Notes: a model not told the origin generated them from the sequence alone. Counted from the stretch's first letter, positions 20,407 through 31,211 are shown. The stretch: 64,000 bases of DNA from an uncultured Bacteriovoracaceae bacterium (GCA_964012805.1 CAXGUD010000001.1:64001-128000); one strand, 5' to 3'. Made by a program: numbers and translations.

Positions 20407-22176
20407 ATGAAACTCTTTAATGTACCAGAATATAAAAAAGAATACGATCATAGAATAAATGAAATGATGGTTGAAAGGGCAAAGGCAGTAACCCTGTATA
20501 TTTTTATTTCTTGTATCATTTTTCATTTTCACGCTATGTATAACTTATTGAGTTTATCTTTTTCATGGCCACCATATATTTTTCTTGCTTTCTCCTTTTT
20601 ACCCTTTATTTGCAATAAAGCCGGTTTAACCTTTTTTCTGAAATACCCTTTTTTAGATATTTTATGTAAATTTGTTTTTGTTTATATCTTTACAGACCAG
20701 TTACTCAGCACTAGTAAAGTAACAGCTCTATCAAAAATCTATATTATAAACCTAATTAAATTAACTCCATTCATGGTAACTTCTGCAATTTTTCCCCTTA
20801 AGAAATGGGAAATTTTTATTATGTCAGTTGCACAAATTTTGCTTTATACTATTTTTACGGAAAAGGCCGTCATTACATTCCAGTCTGATATCTTTTTCGT
20901 CCTTACATTTATATTCATTCTTTTTTTTATGGTTTTTATTATTAATTCTCATTTTAATCATAAACAAATCCTAAAAGAGTGCGTAAAAACTATAGAAAAA
21001 GAAAAACTATATATAAAGCTAACTAAAAGTGAAAAAAAGTTTAGAAAGCTTTTCGAGTCAAAGGCCTTGGCGAGCTGTATTGCAAATCAAAATGGGGTAA
21101 TACTTCAAATCAGTGAAACATGGTCTGAAATATTTGAGAAAAGCCAATTGGGGGAAGGATTTCACATAAACAATCTTTTCGAACATACCACTCCAAAAAT
21201 TGAGCTGTCGCAAATCATTTCAAATGAAAACCTTCAATTAGAAAAAGGTAAAAACTTTATCCCAAGTAAACTTCTCAAATCAAAGACTAATAAATATTTT
21301 ACGATTTACTGCTATTATGACACGGAACTTGAAATTATTTTTATCAATTGTAAAGAAAGCACCAAAGAGTACTTAAATAGTATCCGCTTGGTTCAACAAG
21401 AGAAATTTGCGCACCTTGGAAAGTCATCTTCAGGCCTTGCTCATGACATTTTTAACCCACTGTCTTCCCTTACTTTAAATTTAGAGCTTAGCTTGGAAAA
21501 TATAGAAGACACCCAGAAAAAAATAGAGACCTATAAAAGCTTAGTTAATAATCAAAACCTAATAGAAACCCGCGAACTTGTTCACAAAAGCTTGGAAAGT
21601 GCCGAGGCAATAAAAGTAATTGTTACCCGGTTTAAAATGTTTTCCCGAATGTTTAGTTCTTCAAGCTTAAGAAATGACCTCCATAATATAATTCAAACCG
21701 CCATGGACCTTTTCGACTTACCTTTGTCTGACAAAGTAGAATTTAAACTTTCAGGTCTTTTAAAAGGGCAATATTTTATTAAGGACGAGAAGAATAACTT
21801 TTTTCAGGTTTTCCTTAATATTTTTCAAAACTCCTATACATCTTACCTACAAAAAAACTCAGCAACGAAGGTGATAGCAATTAGAGTCGGTGTAAAGTCA
21901 GAAACCATGCTAATCATTCACATTGAAGACTTTGCTAATGGGATGGAGAAGGCTCATTTAAAAAATGTCTTTGATATTTCTTTTTCGACAAAAGATCCTG
22001 AAAAGCTTGGTGGCATGGGTCTCTTTTTGTGCAAAGATGCAATAGAGTCAAACAAGGGGTCGATAAAAATAAAGTCTACTCTAAAAGAAGGAACATTGGT
22101 GACAGTGGAGCTCCCATATTTCAAATCAAAACATAAAGAGCTAAAAAAAGAGTATTCCGTCCATCAGCTGACTTAA
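20407..22176 (+). CDS. Membrane sensor histidine kinase (TM-PAS-like-HisKA-HATPase)
   Basis: GLAHDIFNPL, QVFLNIFQNS, EDFANGM, FSTK, GGMGLFLC. Confidence 0.88.
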   Translation: MKLFNVPEYKKEYDHRINEMMVERAKAVTLYIFISCIIFHFHAMYNLLSLSFSWPPYIFLAFSFLPFICNKAGLTFFLKYPFLDILCKFVFVYIFTDQLLSTSKVTALSKIYIINLIKLTPFMVTSAIFPLKKWEIFIMSVAQILLYTIFTEKAVITFQSDIFFVLTFIFILFFMVFIINSHFNHKQILKECVKTIEKEKLYIKLTKSEKKFRKLFESKALASCIANQNGVILQISETWSEIFEKSQLGEGFHINNLFEHTTPKIELSQIISNENLQLEKGKNFIPSKLLKSKTNKYFTIYCYYDTELEIIFINCKESTKEYLNSIRLVQQEKFAHLGKSSSGLAHDIFNPLSSLTLNLELSLENIEDTQKKIETYKSLVNNQNLIETRELVHKSLESAEAIKVIVTRFKMFSRMFSSSSLRNDLHNIIQTAMDLFDLPLSDKVEFKLSGLLKGQYFIKDEKNNFFQVFLNIFQNSYTSYLQKNSATKVIAIRVGVKSETMLIIHIEDFANGMEKAHLKNVFDISFSTKDPEKLGGMGLFLCKDAIESNKGSIKIKSTLKEGTLVTVELPYFKSKHKELKKEYSVHQLT

Positions 22177-22204
22177 GAAAAGGAGCATTAAAAATTCTTC
22201 TAGT

Positions 22205-22897
22205 TTAGTTAACCCTCTCTTCCAAAATCATACCAAGACCAAATTTAGTCTTTATCTCATAATCCCAAGTCTGGATTTTCTTCCTTAAATTTATAAGGTG
22301 TACATCGAAAAGCTTAGTGTGATCTTGATCACTCCCCCAGATCAGTCCTATAAGATCATTTTTGGAAATTAACTCTCCAGGAGATTTTAAGAATTCAAAT
22401 AAGATTTGATGTTCTTTTTTAGTTAAGTGAATATCCTCTTCTCCGATTGAGACGCTAAAAGATTTTTTATTATAATCAAGGTTCCCAATATTGAATTGGT
22501 CAGCTTCCTCATAAGATACGACAGCAGCACCTGAACGCCTACATACTGCATTTATTCGAGCAATTAGTTCGCCCTTATTAAAAGGCTTGCAAACAAAATC
22601 ATCCGCTCCAAGCTCAAGGCCTTGTATTTTGTCTTCATAATCCCAAAGTGCAGAAATAATAATAATAGGAATATCCTTCGTCTTAGGACTATCCCTCAGT
22701 TCTTTACAGTAATTGAATCCATTTTTACCGTTACCTAAGCAAATATCTAAAAGTATAAGACCAAAATCCTGCACACTGATATGGTCGTTGGCCTCATTCC
22801 AATCTTTGGCAATAAAGGGTTCCATTCCAACGCTAAGGAGAACCTTCTTAAGACTGTAAGCAACTGTTTTATCATCATCAATAACAAGCACTTTCAT
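22205..22897 (-). CDS. OmpR-family response regulator
   Basis: VIDDD, LLDICL, GADDFVCKPF, winged-helix C-terminus. Confidence 0.93.
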   Translation of the reverse strand: MKVLVIDDDKTVAYSLKKVLLSVGMEPFIAKDWNEANDHISVQDFGLILLDICLGNGKNGFNYCKELRDSPKTKDIPIIIISALWDYEDKIQGLELGADDFVCKPFNKGELIARINAVCRRSGAAVVSYEEADQFNIGNLDYNKKSFSVSIGEEDIHLTKKEHQILFEFLKSPGELISKNDLIGLIWGSDQDHTKLFDVHLINLRKKIQTWDYEIKTKFGLGMILEERVN

Positions 22898-23020
22898 TAT
22901 GATACCTCATCGTAAAGAATAGTAGGGGCTGTTACGCACCTAACAATGAACTAAAATAACTTTTTATTTACAACAATGCTAGCAAAGTTCGATTAAAGCA
23001 TCAAGCTAGGAAGAATTAAA

Positions 23021-23731
23021 TTAAAAACTTGCCGATAAGTGAAGTGAATTGAACCCAGCAAAGACTTTAACATCGTTAAAAAAAGATTGACTCTTATCGG
23101 TAATTTTAAATCTTTGCTTATAATTTGGATAATCTTTTAAAATTCTTTTAGGTACCGTTCTGATCATTAATTCAGAGACAACCATACCAATAGTAAAGTT
23201 AACCAAAGCATCCTTTGACCTTTCCCCATCATTGTAAATCAAAAGGGCAGCAAGACCATTAACTCCAAATGCTGAAATCCTTCTAATCCAAGACAACTCA
23301 CCTCGAACTCTCTTATAAGTATTCGTGAAAAGTTTTTCAGCTAAATCCAATTTGCTTTTATCATCTTTCATATCTTTTAATTGTCCATAAGCCCTATCAC
23401 CAATAATAGGTCTGAACCATAGGCCTAAAGAGCCAATCGTTGCCTTACCAAAATCAACAAGTGCATCAAACTTTTTATGTTTTTCTTCTTCAGTCAAGGG
23501 GTCTTTATAACCTAGATGAGTGGCCAGTTTGAAAACAGCACCACCTGTATAAAGACCAAAATAGCCCCACTGCCAATATTTCGAATGCTTCTCTCCTTTT
23601 TTAAAGGAGTCCTCAATAAAGCGAAGGCGTTCTAACTCTTCCTTATTCAATTCTCTTCCCTGTATAAAGGTTGAAAACAAAAAAGAACTGGAGACAAATA
23701 TTATTTTAAAAAAACAAAAAAAATGCTTCAT
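23021..23731 (-). CDS. Secreted/membrane hypothetical protein
   Basis: Signal peptide, hydrophobic helices, C-terminal Phe. Confidence 0.7.
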   Translation of the reverse strand: MKHFFCFFKIIFVSSSFLFSTFIQGRELNKEELERLRFIEDSFKKGEKHSKYWQWGYFGLYTGGAVFKLATHLGYKDPLTEEEKHKKFDALVDFGKATIGSLGLWFRPIIGDRAYGQLKDMKDDKSKLDLAEKLFTNTYKRVRGELSWIRRISAFGVNGLAALLIYNDGERSKDALVNFTIGMVVSELMIRTVPKRILKDYPNYKQRFKITDKSQSFFNDVKVFAGFNSLHLSASF

Positions 23732-23749
23732 CTGATTGATTCCTTTAAT

Positions 23750-24247
23750 TTAATTTAAGGTCCTCTTAGGGCCTAAACCTTTAATCTTTTTTACAGAAAG
23801 TGTTTTACTTACTATAGCAACGGTGATCCCCTTTTCGCAAATAATTGGAATATCGAAAGTCCATTCTATAGGTTTTTCATTCGCGTCTAATTTCTCTATT
23901 ATTTTTTCTATTTCGTTTTCAGTGAGCTTGAAACGGGCACTAACTTTTCCCTTTGCCGCCTTTAGATAACGAATTGAGGCAGCTTTATCGATAACAGAAT
24001 GTCCTTTGCCTAGGACTTCTAATAGCATGATCATATAAAAAGGATCTGTCATTACGTAAAGAGATCCCCCGAAATGCCTACTCACGAAACTTGTGTTCCA
24101 AAAACGCTGCTTCATAGTGACAAGAACTTCTGTCAAATCAGGCTTTAACACCTTAACTCTGATACCTGCCCCAAATATGGGTGGCCAAAAATTGATGGCC
24201 CAAAGTAGGTGTCTTTTTTTAAGATATGTTAAGGGATTTTTGATCAT
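23750..24247 (-). CDS. DUF4442 hotdog-fold (thioesterase-like) protein
   Basis: NFWPPIFGAGIRV, HFGGSLYVMTDPFYM, DKAASIRY. Confidence 0.9.
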   Translation of the reverse strand: MIKNPLTYLKKRHLLWAINFWPPIFGAGIRVKVLKPDLTEVLVTMKQRFWNTSFVSRHFGGSLYVMTDPFYMIMLLEVLGKGHSVIDKAASIRYLKAAKGKVSARFKLTENEIEKIIEKLDANEKPIEWTFDIPIICEKGITVAIVSKTLSVKKIKGLGPKRTLN

Positions 24248-25088
24248 AATAGGAATTCTCTGAATTTTCTTTTCTCACTTTATTATAGTTTTTTCTATTT
24301 TCAATAACTTTGTCATAAAAGGCTTCATAGTCGGGGTGCATAGTTCCCATAATCCGATCCCAAACATTTAAAAATAATCCGAAGTTATAGCGACTGTCCC
24401 TGTGATGAAGGTAGTGAAAAGTAGCAGAGCTCCCCAAGTTTAAAAGAGGAGTCCGAGGGTAATTACTTTGAAAAAACTCATAACCTGAATGCCCTATTAC
24501 ATTTAAAGCGAAGGTTATAACGAGAAAAGCTGCTATTGAATAAGGGTGAAGAGGTATCAAAAGAAGAAGCAAAGGTCTGCTCAAAATTTCCAAAAACCCC
24601 TCAAAAGGGTGAACTGAAAAAGCACTCCACGGAGAAACATTTTTAAAAAGGTGATGCACGTAATGATAACTTTTTTTTGAGTATCTTGGATGATGCATAA
24701 AATAGTGAATCCAATAAAAATAAGTATCCAAAAGAACAAGAGTTATCGGTACAATAAGGATGGCATACCAAACACCATATTCATTTAAGTCATGGTAAAC
24801 TTTAAGGTGGCCTTCTTTATAAAGATAGAAAGTACCAATTCCTATTAAACCGAAATTTACTTTGTTTAGAAGTGCCCACTTAGACTCCTGAAGGATGGTT
24901 TCCTTTTCTGGGAACTCCTGGTTAATCTTGAACCTTTTTAGTCGGTTTTTTAAAAATTTATAAACAACCAGGTAATAAACACCTACCATAGAAATGTAGC
25001 GAAAACAGGCAATTAAAATAAAAACGAGACCCAGTAAGAAGAGATAAAATAAGTCTATTTGCACGGCCACGTCCTTGTAAACAAGCAA
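24219..25088 (-). CDS. Sterol desaturase / fatty acid hydroxylase family protein (ERG3-like)
   Basis: His boxes HYFMHH, HYVHH, GHSG, HYLHH; NFGLFLNVWDRIMGT. Confidence 0.92.
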   Translation of the reverse strand: MLVYKDVAVQIDLFYLFLLGLVFILIACFRYISMVGVYYLVVYKFLKNRLKRFKINQEFPEKETILQESKWALLNKVNFGLIGIGTFYLYKEGHLKVYHDLNEYGVWYAILIVPITLVLLDTYFYWIHYFMHHPRYSKKSYHYVHHLFKNVSPWSAFSVHPFEGFLEILSRPLLLLLIPLHPYSIAAFLVITFALNVIGHSGYEFFQSNYPRTPLLNLGSSATFHYLHHRDSRYNFGLFLNVWDRIMGTMHPDYEAFYDKVIENRKNYNKVRKENSENSYYDQKSLNIS

Positions 25089-25169
25089 AAATTAATATTT
25101 TAATTTAAAATACATCTTAGAAAGTATTTTTACAACGTGTTTATAGGCCAATTAAAATTGTCTAAGTTT

Positions 25170-27284
25170 ATGAAAAAAGTGAGCTTCCTATTAATGAATA
25201 TCATTTTCCTAATCGGTTCCTCCTATTTTATAAAAAACAAGTTCAGTCCTTTCAACCTCCTTGATTCAATTTCCAAAAATCATCCTGTTTATAAAAACTT
25301 TTTGGAATTTCAAAGAAAATATGGACATGAAAATAAGCTCTTTATAGGTTTAAGTTTTGAAAAAAGGTTTGTAGACGAACCAAAATACTTACAATTTATT
25401 CATAACTTAACGAAGGATATAAATAGAAATTTTCCTGAATTAAAAGCTAAATCTATTACCAACCAAGGTTTTTTTACTTTAATCAAAAACAAATTTAAAA
25501 CCCACTTTTACTTTGATGAAAAAAAAAATGTACTTGAAATACCTAGCTCAGTTAAGCTATCTCCTTTTTTCAAAAATTCTTTCTGGAACGGTTCGGAGAA
25601 GGTCACATGGATTACCCTCGATTTAAATAAGGTCAGACCTAAGGAACTAAAAAGGCTTATCACTTTTTTAAAAGAATTCAAAAAACCAAAGAACACTGAC
25701 TATCATCTATTTGGTCATAGTTACTTCCAGCATGTTGTCAGAGAAGAAAGCATAAAAGGACAATTAACCGCAATCCCCCTTTTTACTCTCATTACTTTTT
25801 TATTTTTTAAAATTTATTTTTCTTCTTACAAAGTTTCCTTAATAAGCCTTTACATAATCTTTCTTAGCTACCTTATAACACTTATATTCATTATTTATTG
25901 GGAAGGAACGTTGAGTCCTTTTGGAGGATTGGCCCTCTTAATTAGCTTTATGATGTCCTTATCTGATCTAATCCACTATTTTTATTTCTTGCAAAAAAAT
26001 GGAAAACACCAGGTATTAAGGCCTTGCTTTTTTACTTCCATTACCACTACAATTGGACTCTTTTCTCTCTGCTTAAGTGATATAAAACCCGTTTTTAATT
26101 TTGGGCTGTATGGTGGTTTTGCCGTCATGGTTAGCTTTTTTGCGACTTTCTACATCCTACCAATATTAAACAAAACTTTTAATATTGCATTGCCTCTTCA
26201 AGGTAACAAATTGCCAAAAAAAAATAGATTAAGCCATTTCGGAGAAAAAATTTTTGAAGCTGTTACAAATTACAAGAGAATTTTTGTTACTACTTTTTTT
26301 CTTATTATTGCATTATCTTTTTTCTTCATCCAAAAAGTAACTTTCAAAGAAAACTTTTTAAAACAACTCAAGGAGGGCCATGCTTTTTCTAAAAGTGCTA
26401 GTTTTTTCAAGAATAATTTTAACTTTGCTGGTCAGGTCGACCTGATCCTTGTTCAAAAAAGAGAATTTTTTCTGAAGGCGGAGATAGACGAATGGGAGGT
26501 ATCTCTTAAAGAAAAACTCCTCCGATATCCTTTAATTTCAAAAGTTCAGGGTCTTACGACTTTGAAGGAAGATCTGAAGAAACGCTCCCAATTAACATTA
26601 GATCATTTAAAAATACTGGATCAATTGTCCTTACTAGAAAGATTCCTGCCTTCTTCAAGCGATGAATCTAGAATTATTTTAAATATAAAAAGTCAAGATT
26701 CAGATGATTTGTACAAGCTCTTCCGATTTATTGAGAGCTCACTAAAAAACCCATATTTTGAAATTAAAATAGATGGCTACTCCAAAGTTCGATACACGAT
26801 AATGAAGTTTCTTTTCTCAACTTTTTATGGAAGCTTCTTTCTATCCTTTATAGGAATTTTCTTGGCCTTTCTCGTTCTTTTTAAATCATTTAAATTGGCC
26901 CTCATGGGAATGATTCCCAATATTTTACCGGTTTTAATTGTTTCAGGTCTTCAAGGAGCCCTGAATATTGGAATCAATTTTTATTTGGTAATACTAAATT
27001 GTTTGATTTTAGGAATCAGTGTTGATGATACTATTCACTTTCTCTACCATTTCACTCAAGAAAAAAAAGACCTTAAAAAGGTTCTATCCTCAATCACCCC
27101 TCCTCTTTTCCTTACAACATTTGTTCTTTGCCTTTTATTTCCTCTTTTGTCTCTCAGTGCTTTTGTAAGCTTTGGGCAAGTTGCTTTGTTTTTATGCGTA
27201 GCCTTTATTGTTGCTCTTTTAAGTGATCTAATTTTCCTCCCCTCAATAATTCTCTCTCTTGTGAAAAGAAAATCATCCCTCTAG
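25170..27284 (+). CDS. MMPL/RND family exporter
   Basis: Two-fold TM repeat; SDLIHY, TTTIGLFSL, GISVDDTIHF; start uncertain (25137/25170). Confidence 0.87.
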   Translation: MKKVSFLLMNIIFLIGSSYFIKNKFSPFNLLDSISKNHPVYKNFLEFQRKYGHENKLFIGLSFEKRFVDEPKYLQFIHNLTKDINRNFPELKAKSITNQGFFTLIKNKFKTHFYFDEKKNVLEIPSSVKLSPFFKNSFWNGSEKVTWITLDLNKVRPKELKRLITFLKEFKKPKNTDYHLFGHSYFQHVVREESIKGQLTAIPLFTLITFLFFKIYFSSYKVSLISLYIIFLSYLITLIFIIYWEGTLSPFGGLALLISFMMSLSDLIHYFYFLQKNGKHQVLRPCFFTSITTTIGLFSLCLSDIKPVFNFGLYGGFAVMVSFFATFYILPILNKTFNIALPLQGNKLPKKNRLSHFGEKIFEAVTNYKRIFVTTFFLIIALSFFFIQKVTFKENFLKQLKEGHAFSKSASFFKNNFNFAGQVDLILVQKREFFLKAEIDEWEVSLKEKLLRYPLISKVQGLTTLKEDLKKRSQLTLDHLKILDQLSLLERFLPSSSDESRIILNIKSQDSDDLYKLFRFIESSLKNPYFEIKIDGYSKVRYTIMKFLFSTFYGSFFLSFIGIFLAFLVLFKSFKLALMGMIPNILPVLIVSGLQGALNIGINFYLVILNCLILGISVDDTIHFLYHFTQEKKDLKKVLSSITPPLFLTTFVLCLLFPLLSLSAFVSFGQVALFLCVAFIVALLSDLIFLPSIILSLVKRKSSL

Positions 27285-27338
27285 AATAAAAAGGACCATT
27301 TTTTATTACTTTTTTTAAAGTTTCCCGAGGCACAATTT

Positions 27339-28787
27339 ATGAAAATCACCCTTACTTTATTTTTAATTTTTAACCTAACAACACCTCTTTTTGCCGCTTC
27401 AAAAGAGTCTGTAGAAAAAACTCCTCAGAAAAAAGAAATAAAAAGAAAAATTTCTTCTTTTGAAAAAAGCCCTTATACAGAAAAAGTTTTAAGTTTTAAT
27501 AACTCAAAAAATGTATCCTCATTTTTATCTGAACTTAAAAACAAGCAGGACAACAATATCACAACAGACTTCGAAACCAGGACTTTAAAGGCCCTAAGTC
27601 TTCCTCTTACTCATTTGAGAGGTATTTACTGGAGGCTAAACAAAATTATTTCCAAGGTAAAGGTATTCGATAACTCCGTTGATTCTTTTTTACACAAGTA
27701 CTATTCGAACTTTGATATTAGACCATCTCATATCCCTCCACTTTGGCAGTACATTACGGAACCACTTCCTTCAAAAGGGCAGTTTAAAAAAGCATCTGAC
27801 ATTCAAAAGTTCACTTTAAAAACCCTCATCCCGTCCATTGATCAAGCTATTTTAAGACTTAAAAAGATAGAAGAAGAAAATATTCAGCAACAAAATGAAG
27901 ATTTGGCGCTCTTTAACCTAGACCTTGCTCTCATATACGGAGAAAACAGAGTTCAAAACCTCATAAATAAAAAAACCAGATATTTAAACGTTTATACCAG
28001 TGACTTAATTCTTGTAAAGGCCTGGCTACAAGATTTAAAAGGCTCCCTTTTATATCTTGCTAGCTATAATTTCAATGGCTTTCATAAAATGGTCAATGTC
28101 TTTAGAGGTCATATTGTTCTTGGGGATGCTGTAAAACTCTTTTCCAACTTAAGGCTCAAAAAAAATAGATTAACTAATTACCAGGCCTTAAGCGAAAGTA
28201 AAATTTTTATGCTTAAAAAGCTCTTAACCAGAAAACGTTACAAAAAACTTTTCTCTATGAAAAAATCAAATTACAAAGGGTCCCACACTCTTGTAAGATC
28301 AAAAGAAGCTTTTTTAGATGCTGTCGAATCAAAAATGAAGGCCATAAAAATAAGTAATAAAAATATTTTAAATAATGAATTAAATAGATCAAGGAGATTT
28401 GGAATCGAGTCTGGGAATGATTTTTTCAAACTCTCACTTAAGCATTTGCAGCTAAAAAGAGATTTGCTCAAAGGACCTACAGTAGTTCACGACAGGCTTT
28501 TTACAGAGAAAGTCAAAGTCAATGTTAATGCCCTTTTTGATCCAAACAATAGATCAATAAAAGATTTAAAAAACCTTTTACCTAGACCTAATCAATTTCA
28601 AACAAAGCCTGACCGCTTTAAAAAGAACCACCCTATACGAACTCAAACGGGACTTCCCTACTTGAACTTGGGAGGACTTCTCCCGGATGTAGAAAATTTT
28701 AAAGACCTTAAAAGAAAGAAATTCCTTCTCATTCAAAGGGCAGGAGTTGGATTTCCCCTAGGGACGTGGCTCACAGTCCTTATCTAA
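27339..28787 (+). CDS. Secreted basic hypothetical protein
   Basis: Signal peptide ending LFA; 482 aa, Lys-rich; no motif recognised. Confidence 0.75.
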   Translation: MKITLTLFLIFNLTTPLFAASKESVEKTPQKKEIKRKISSFEKSPYTEKVLSFNNSKNVSSFLSELKNKQDNNITTDFETRTLKALSLPLTHLRGIYWRLNKIISKVKVFDNSVDSFLHKYYSNFDIRPSHIPPLWQYITEPLPSKGQFKKASDIQKFTLKTLIPSIDQAILRLKKIEEENIQQQNEDLALFNLDLALIYGENRVQNLINKKTRYLNVYTSDLILVKAWLQDLKGSLLYLASYNFNGFHKMVNVFRGHIVLGDAVKLFSNLRLKKNRLTNYQALSESKIFMLKKLLTRKRYKKLFSMKKSNYKGSHTLVRSKEAFLDAVESKMKAIKISNKNILNNELNRSRRFGIESGNDFFKLSLKHLQLKRDLLKGPTVVHDRLFTEKVKVNVNALFDPNNRSIKDLKNLLPRPNQFQTKPDRFKKNHPIRTQTGLPYLNLGGLLPDVENFKDLKRKKFLLIQRAGVGFPLGTWLTVLI

Positions 28788-29612
28788 ATCAACTTTTTTA
28801 AAAATCCGCGTTCTCACAAAGCGAATGAATCGCTTTGTGGGAATACTTCCATGTTCTAAAAAAGTTATCGGTTTTCTAAAGCTAACAACAACTTTTCCGG
28901 AGGGAAGTTTAACAAACTCTCTAAATAAACACATCCGCCCCACCATCTTTCCAAAAAAGCGCCAAAATAAAAAGACAGAACTATTTCTTCCTCCTAAATG
29001 GACGGGTAATATCGTTGCTTTAGAAGATTTTGCCAAAGAGTGAAAGCTCTCGTCCCACTTAAAATCACAGACCTTGAAGATTCCTCTCTCACTTTTAAAC
29101 CTTATCCCTGAAACCTCTCCCGCTGGAAACATAATAATCATTCCTCCTGCTTTTAAATGATTTCTTGCACTGATAAGTGTTTTGATGTTTCCTGCTTTTG
29201 AAAAACTGTCTTTTTTCAGGTTTGTAACTGTAAATCCGTTTTCTTTTAACTCTGGAAAAATTTGAGTAACAACTCCTCCTACAAAAAATTTATAATCCTC
29301 TCTTCCCAAATGCTTTTTCATCTCTTCAGCTATCATTGCACCATCAGGAAGTCCAAAGGGGTGATTGGCAACAATTAAAAGAGGTCCTTCCTTTAGATTA
29401 TCTGTCAAAAAATGGGTGTCCACCCCTTTCATATCCCATTTAAAGAAACTAACAAGACCACTTCCAATATTACTATAACCACCCTTTGACCTAATTCGAA
29501 GCAATAAATCATTAAGCTTATTCACTCCCATAAGTTTTTCCATTAAAAGAACAATATTTTTTTTAATAAGACCATCATTTTCATTGAAAAAAGAAAGTTT
29601 TTGATAAACCAT
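28758..29612 (-). CDS. PlsC-superfamily acyltransferase
   Basis: ANHPFGLPDG (HxxxxxD-type), FPAGEVS, LPVH.GRNS. Confidence 0.87.
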   Translation of the reverse strand: MVYQKLSFFNENDGLIKKNIVLLMEKLMGVNKLNDLLLRIRSKGGYSNIGSGLVSFFKWDMKGVDTHFLTDNLKEGPLLIVANHPFGLPDGAMIAEEMKKHLGREDYKFFVGGVVTQIFPELKENGFTVTNLKKDSFSKAGNIKTLISARNHLKAGGMIIMFPAGEVSGIRFKSERGIFKVCDFKWDESFHSLAKSSKATILPVHLGGRNSSVFLFWRFFGKMVGRMCLFREFVKLPSGKVVVSFRKPITFLEHGSIPTKRFIRFVRTRIFKKVDLDKDCEPRP

Positions 29613-29720
29613 TTGTCTTCCTTGTATCTAGTTTCAAACTTTAGAATTATCTCAAAAAATTTAGAATTACTTTTAAAAGTTATAAAATTTATCTTATCCT
29701 AAGAGAAAGGAATATGTCTT

Positions 29721-31199
29721 ATGAAACATTTTGATGTACTCATTCTTGGTTCAGGTATTTCATCTCTCGCCACTGCCCGTTTCCTCAATAAGTTTGGGAT
29801 AAAAAATATTGGTATTTTGGAGCAACACTCCGTTCCAGGAGGCTTCCTTCATTGCTTTAAAAGATTTGGACTAAGATTTGAAACCGGGGCCCATTATATT
29901 GGTTCTATAAACGAAGGAGAACCCTTTCACACTCTTTTAAATTACCTTGGTGTCTATCACGATGACGATTATATAGAACTTGAACCTAATGGGCCTGACA
30001 CGCACTTTTTTGAAGACGACAATTTCACTTTTCCTTTGGGTTACAAGGAGACCATTCAAAAATTAGGGGTCATGTTCCCTAACGAGAAAAAATCAATTGA
30101 AATCTATTTTTCAATGATAAAAGAAGCTGCTCATTCATTCCCGACTTACTATTATAAAAAAGACTATGACCAAAAAAAAATGCTTTCCTTTTTAGACCAA
30201 ACAGTTCAAGAGGTTCTTGACTCCCTTTTTAAGAACCACTCTTTAAAAAATATCTTATCAACGACTTGTATACTCTACGGTGTTTCTCCAAAAGACGCCT
30301 CTTTTGGCTTTCACAGTATTGTTCAAGACTCGTATATTATTTCTGCCAAAGGTTTCCGCTATGGCGGTGAAAGACTTGCCCAAAGATTTGTAAAAAAAAT
30401 TGAAAATGAAGGCGGACAATTCTTCTTCAAGCACACAATTACAGACCTGGTGGCAAGGGATAAAGAAATCAAAGAAATTCATTGCCACAATGGTGCCGTT
30501 TTTAGCGCCGATAAAATCATTTCAGGAATCCACCCAAAGCTTCTTTTTTCAATGATCAAGGGAGAGGGTCTCAGAAAAAGCTTTCAAAAAAGGCTTGATC
30601 AGATTCAGGAGTCCAATTCATTTCTTGGCGCCTTCCTTTCGTTAAAAGAAAACCCTGGAATCTCTCCTAAAAAAAACTACTACTTTCATAGGGGTTTTAA
30701 TTACGAAGAGCCCTCTCTCGATGATCCTAAAAGTTTATTTCCCTTCTTTTTAACCTCAAGTGACCGTGCCTATAATAATAATGGAAAATTTCCTGTTCTT
30801 TTAACGGCCAAATGTTCTTATACGGGTTTTAAGGAATTCAAGAGCAATAAAAAATCAAATGATTACAAGGATCTAAAAGAAAAGGTTTTTCAAATGGTTT
30901 TACCTTACATTGAAGAACAATTTCCAGGTTTCAAAAATTCTATTGATAAATACTGCCTTTCAAGCCCTCTAACAAATCAAAAATATATCCCCTCACCTAA
31001 TGGTAGCGCCTACGGTATCTACCATGACCAATTTTCTACAGGAGCTAGAGGACTTGGGCCTAGGACACACTTCCACAACCTCATTTTAACGGGGCAAAAT
31101 ACCCTCTTTCCGGGTCTCCTTGGGGGAAGTATATCGGCCATAAAATCGGCTGGACAAATAATTGGTACAAAAGATATCCTTAAAGAACTTTCTCACTAA
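29721..31199 (+). CDS. FAD-dependent oxidoreductase, phytoene desaturase/retinol saturase family
   Basis: LILGSGISSL, EQHSVPGG, FETGAHYIG, SPLT..YIPSPNGSAYG, NLILTGQ. Confidence 0.88.
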   Translation: MKHFDVLILGSGISSLATARFLNKFGIKNIGILEQHSVPGGFLHCFKRFGLRFETGAHYIGSINEGEPFHTLLNYLGVYHDDDYIELEPNGPDTHFFEDDNFTFPLGYKETIQKLGVMFPNEKKSIEIYFSMIKEAAHSFPTYYYKKDYDQKKMLSFLDQTVQEVLDSLFKNHSLKNILSTTCILYGVSPKDASFGFHSIVQDSYIISAKGFRYGGERLAQRFVKKIENEGGQFFFKHTITDLVARDKEIKEIHCHNGAVFSADKIISGIHPKLLFSMIKGEGLRKSFQKRLDQIQESNSFLGAFLSLKENPGISPKKNYYFHRGFNYEEPSLDDPKSLFPFFLTSSDRAYNNNGKFPVLLTAKCSYTGFKEFKSNKKSNDYKDLKEKVFQMVLPYIEEQFPGFKNSIDKYCLSSPLTNQKYIPSPNGSAYGIYHDQFSTGARGLGPRTHFHNLILTGQNTLFPGLLGGSISAIKSAGQIIGTKDILKELSH

Positions 31200-31211
31200 A
31201 GAGGGTCAAGG

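Noticed and set aside
29721..31199. Carotenoid biosynthesis (crtI)
   Set aside because: No crtB/crtE/crtY nearby; operon context with KS and ACP points to acyl-chain modification
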